From: Octopus sinensis
Lineage: Eukaryota
Assembly (NCBI RefSeq): GCF_006345805.1
Contig: NW_021828088.1
Coordinates: 1-36,144 of the forward strand
DNA length: 36,144 nt
Reading direction: 5' to 3'
This document shows, piece after piece, positions 35,546 through 36,144 of this stretch. Each line of letters opens with the position of its first letter. Positions within the stretch are counted from its first letter, which is position 1. A program made the translations under genes and the position numbers. Under the pieces are notes generated by a model. That model searched no databases. It was not told where the DNA came from and saw nothing but the letters and a program-made list of their open reading frames with translations.

Positions 35546-35745
35546 CTAGTTCGACGAGTCGTGTTCTGTCCTGACCTTCGAAACACGCATGGAGTCGAAC
35601 TAGGGACAGCTGATGAAAGGGAATTTTCCTTGTATTGTTTGTCTTGTACTCTGTTTTTTCATTTTTAAAAAAAGTCCGTTTCCATGTTTGTTTTTACGTT
35701 TTCGTTTCTCGTTGAGTTCTACGTCTATTTGTGGTGTCCTGTACT
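35546..35745 (+). mobile_element. Structured non-coding repeat with hammerhead core words in non-canonical order; homologous to 16495-16672
   Basis: CGAAAC (35579-35584) precedes CTGATGA (35610-35616); complementary pairs CTGTCC/GGACAG, CGTG/CACG and CTAGTTCGAC/GTCGAACTAG. Confidence 0.65.
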
Positions 35746-36144
35746 CAGATATATATATTTATATATGCATGTATATATACATGTAGATGTAGGTACGTAC
35801 ATATATGTATGTATGTATGTATGCATATATTTTATTTATTAATTTATTGCATGACTGAGCGCCCTCGTGTCGTTTCGTTTCTTTTCTGTTCTCCAAGTAA
35901 GTTATATATATATATATATAATATATATATATATACTCATATAAAACCATACATACATATATGCATCCATCCATCCATCCATCCATACTTATATACATGC
36001 ATACATACATACATACATACATACATACATACATACATACATACATACATACATACACATTATACACAGAGACAAAAATATGTGCTCAACCAACTTAACT
36101 TTTAAATATTATCATCACAAAAGTTGCATATGTGTATTTTATGC

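Overview
AT-rich, microsatellite-saturated animal genomic DNA, most likely a coleoid cephalopod (Octopus); this is inferred from my recognition of the SINE families, not from a search. It looks intronic or intergenic and no complete host gene is visible. Almost every ORF in the supplied track is a translation of (TA)n/(CA)n/(TACA)n/(GATA)n repeats. The one clear coding segment is a young, 5'-truncated CR1-type LINE reverse-transcriptase fragment (25867-26799, +), with a 3' stem-loop and a (TAAC)5 tail. The window also holds many copies of at least four tRNA-derived SINE families (my own labels A-D), a decayed restriction-like-endonuclease LINE fragment (CX2CX8HX4C knuckle), a probable Tc1/mariner MITE, three long inverted repeats, several compound minisatellites and a few weak candidate exons. 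The most interesting signal is a set of hammerhead-ribozyme-like motifs. Three are minimal type I motifs of the Penelope-associated kind, and one of these sits directly behind a tRNA-derived Pol III head. A separate two-copy repeat family carries the three hammerhead strands in an order that is not any of the canonical type I/II/III permutations. All ribozyme calls rest on hand folding and are untested. SINE boundaries are approximate.
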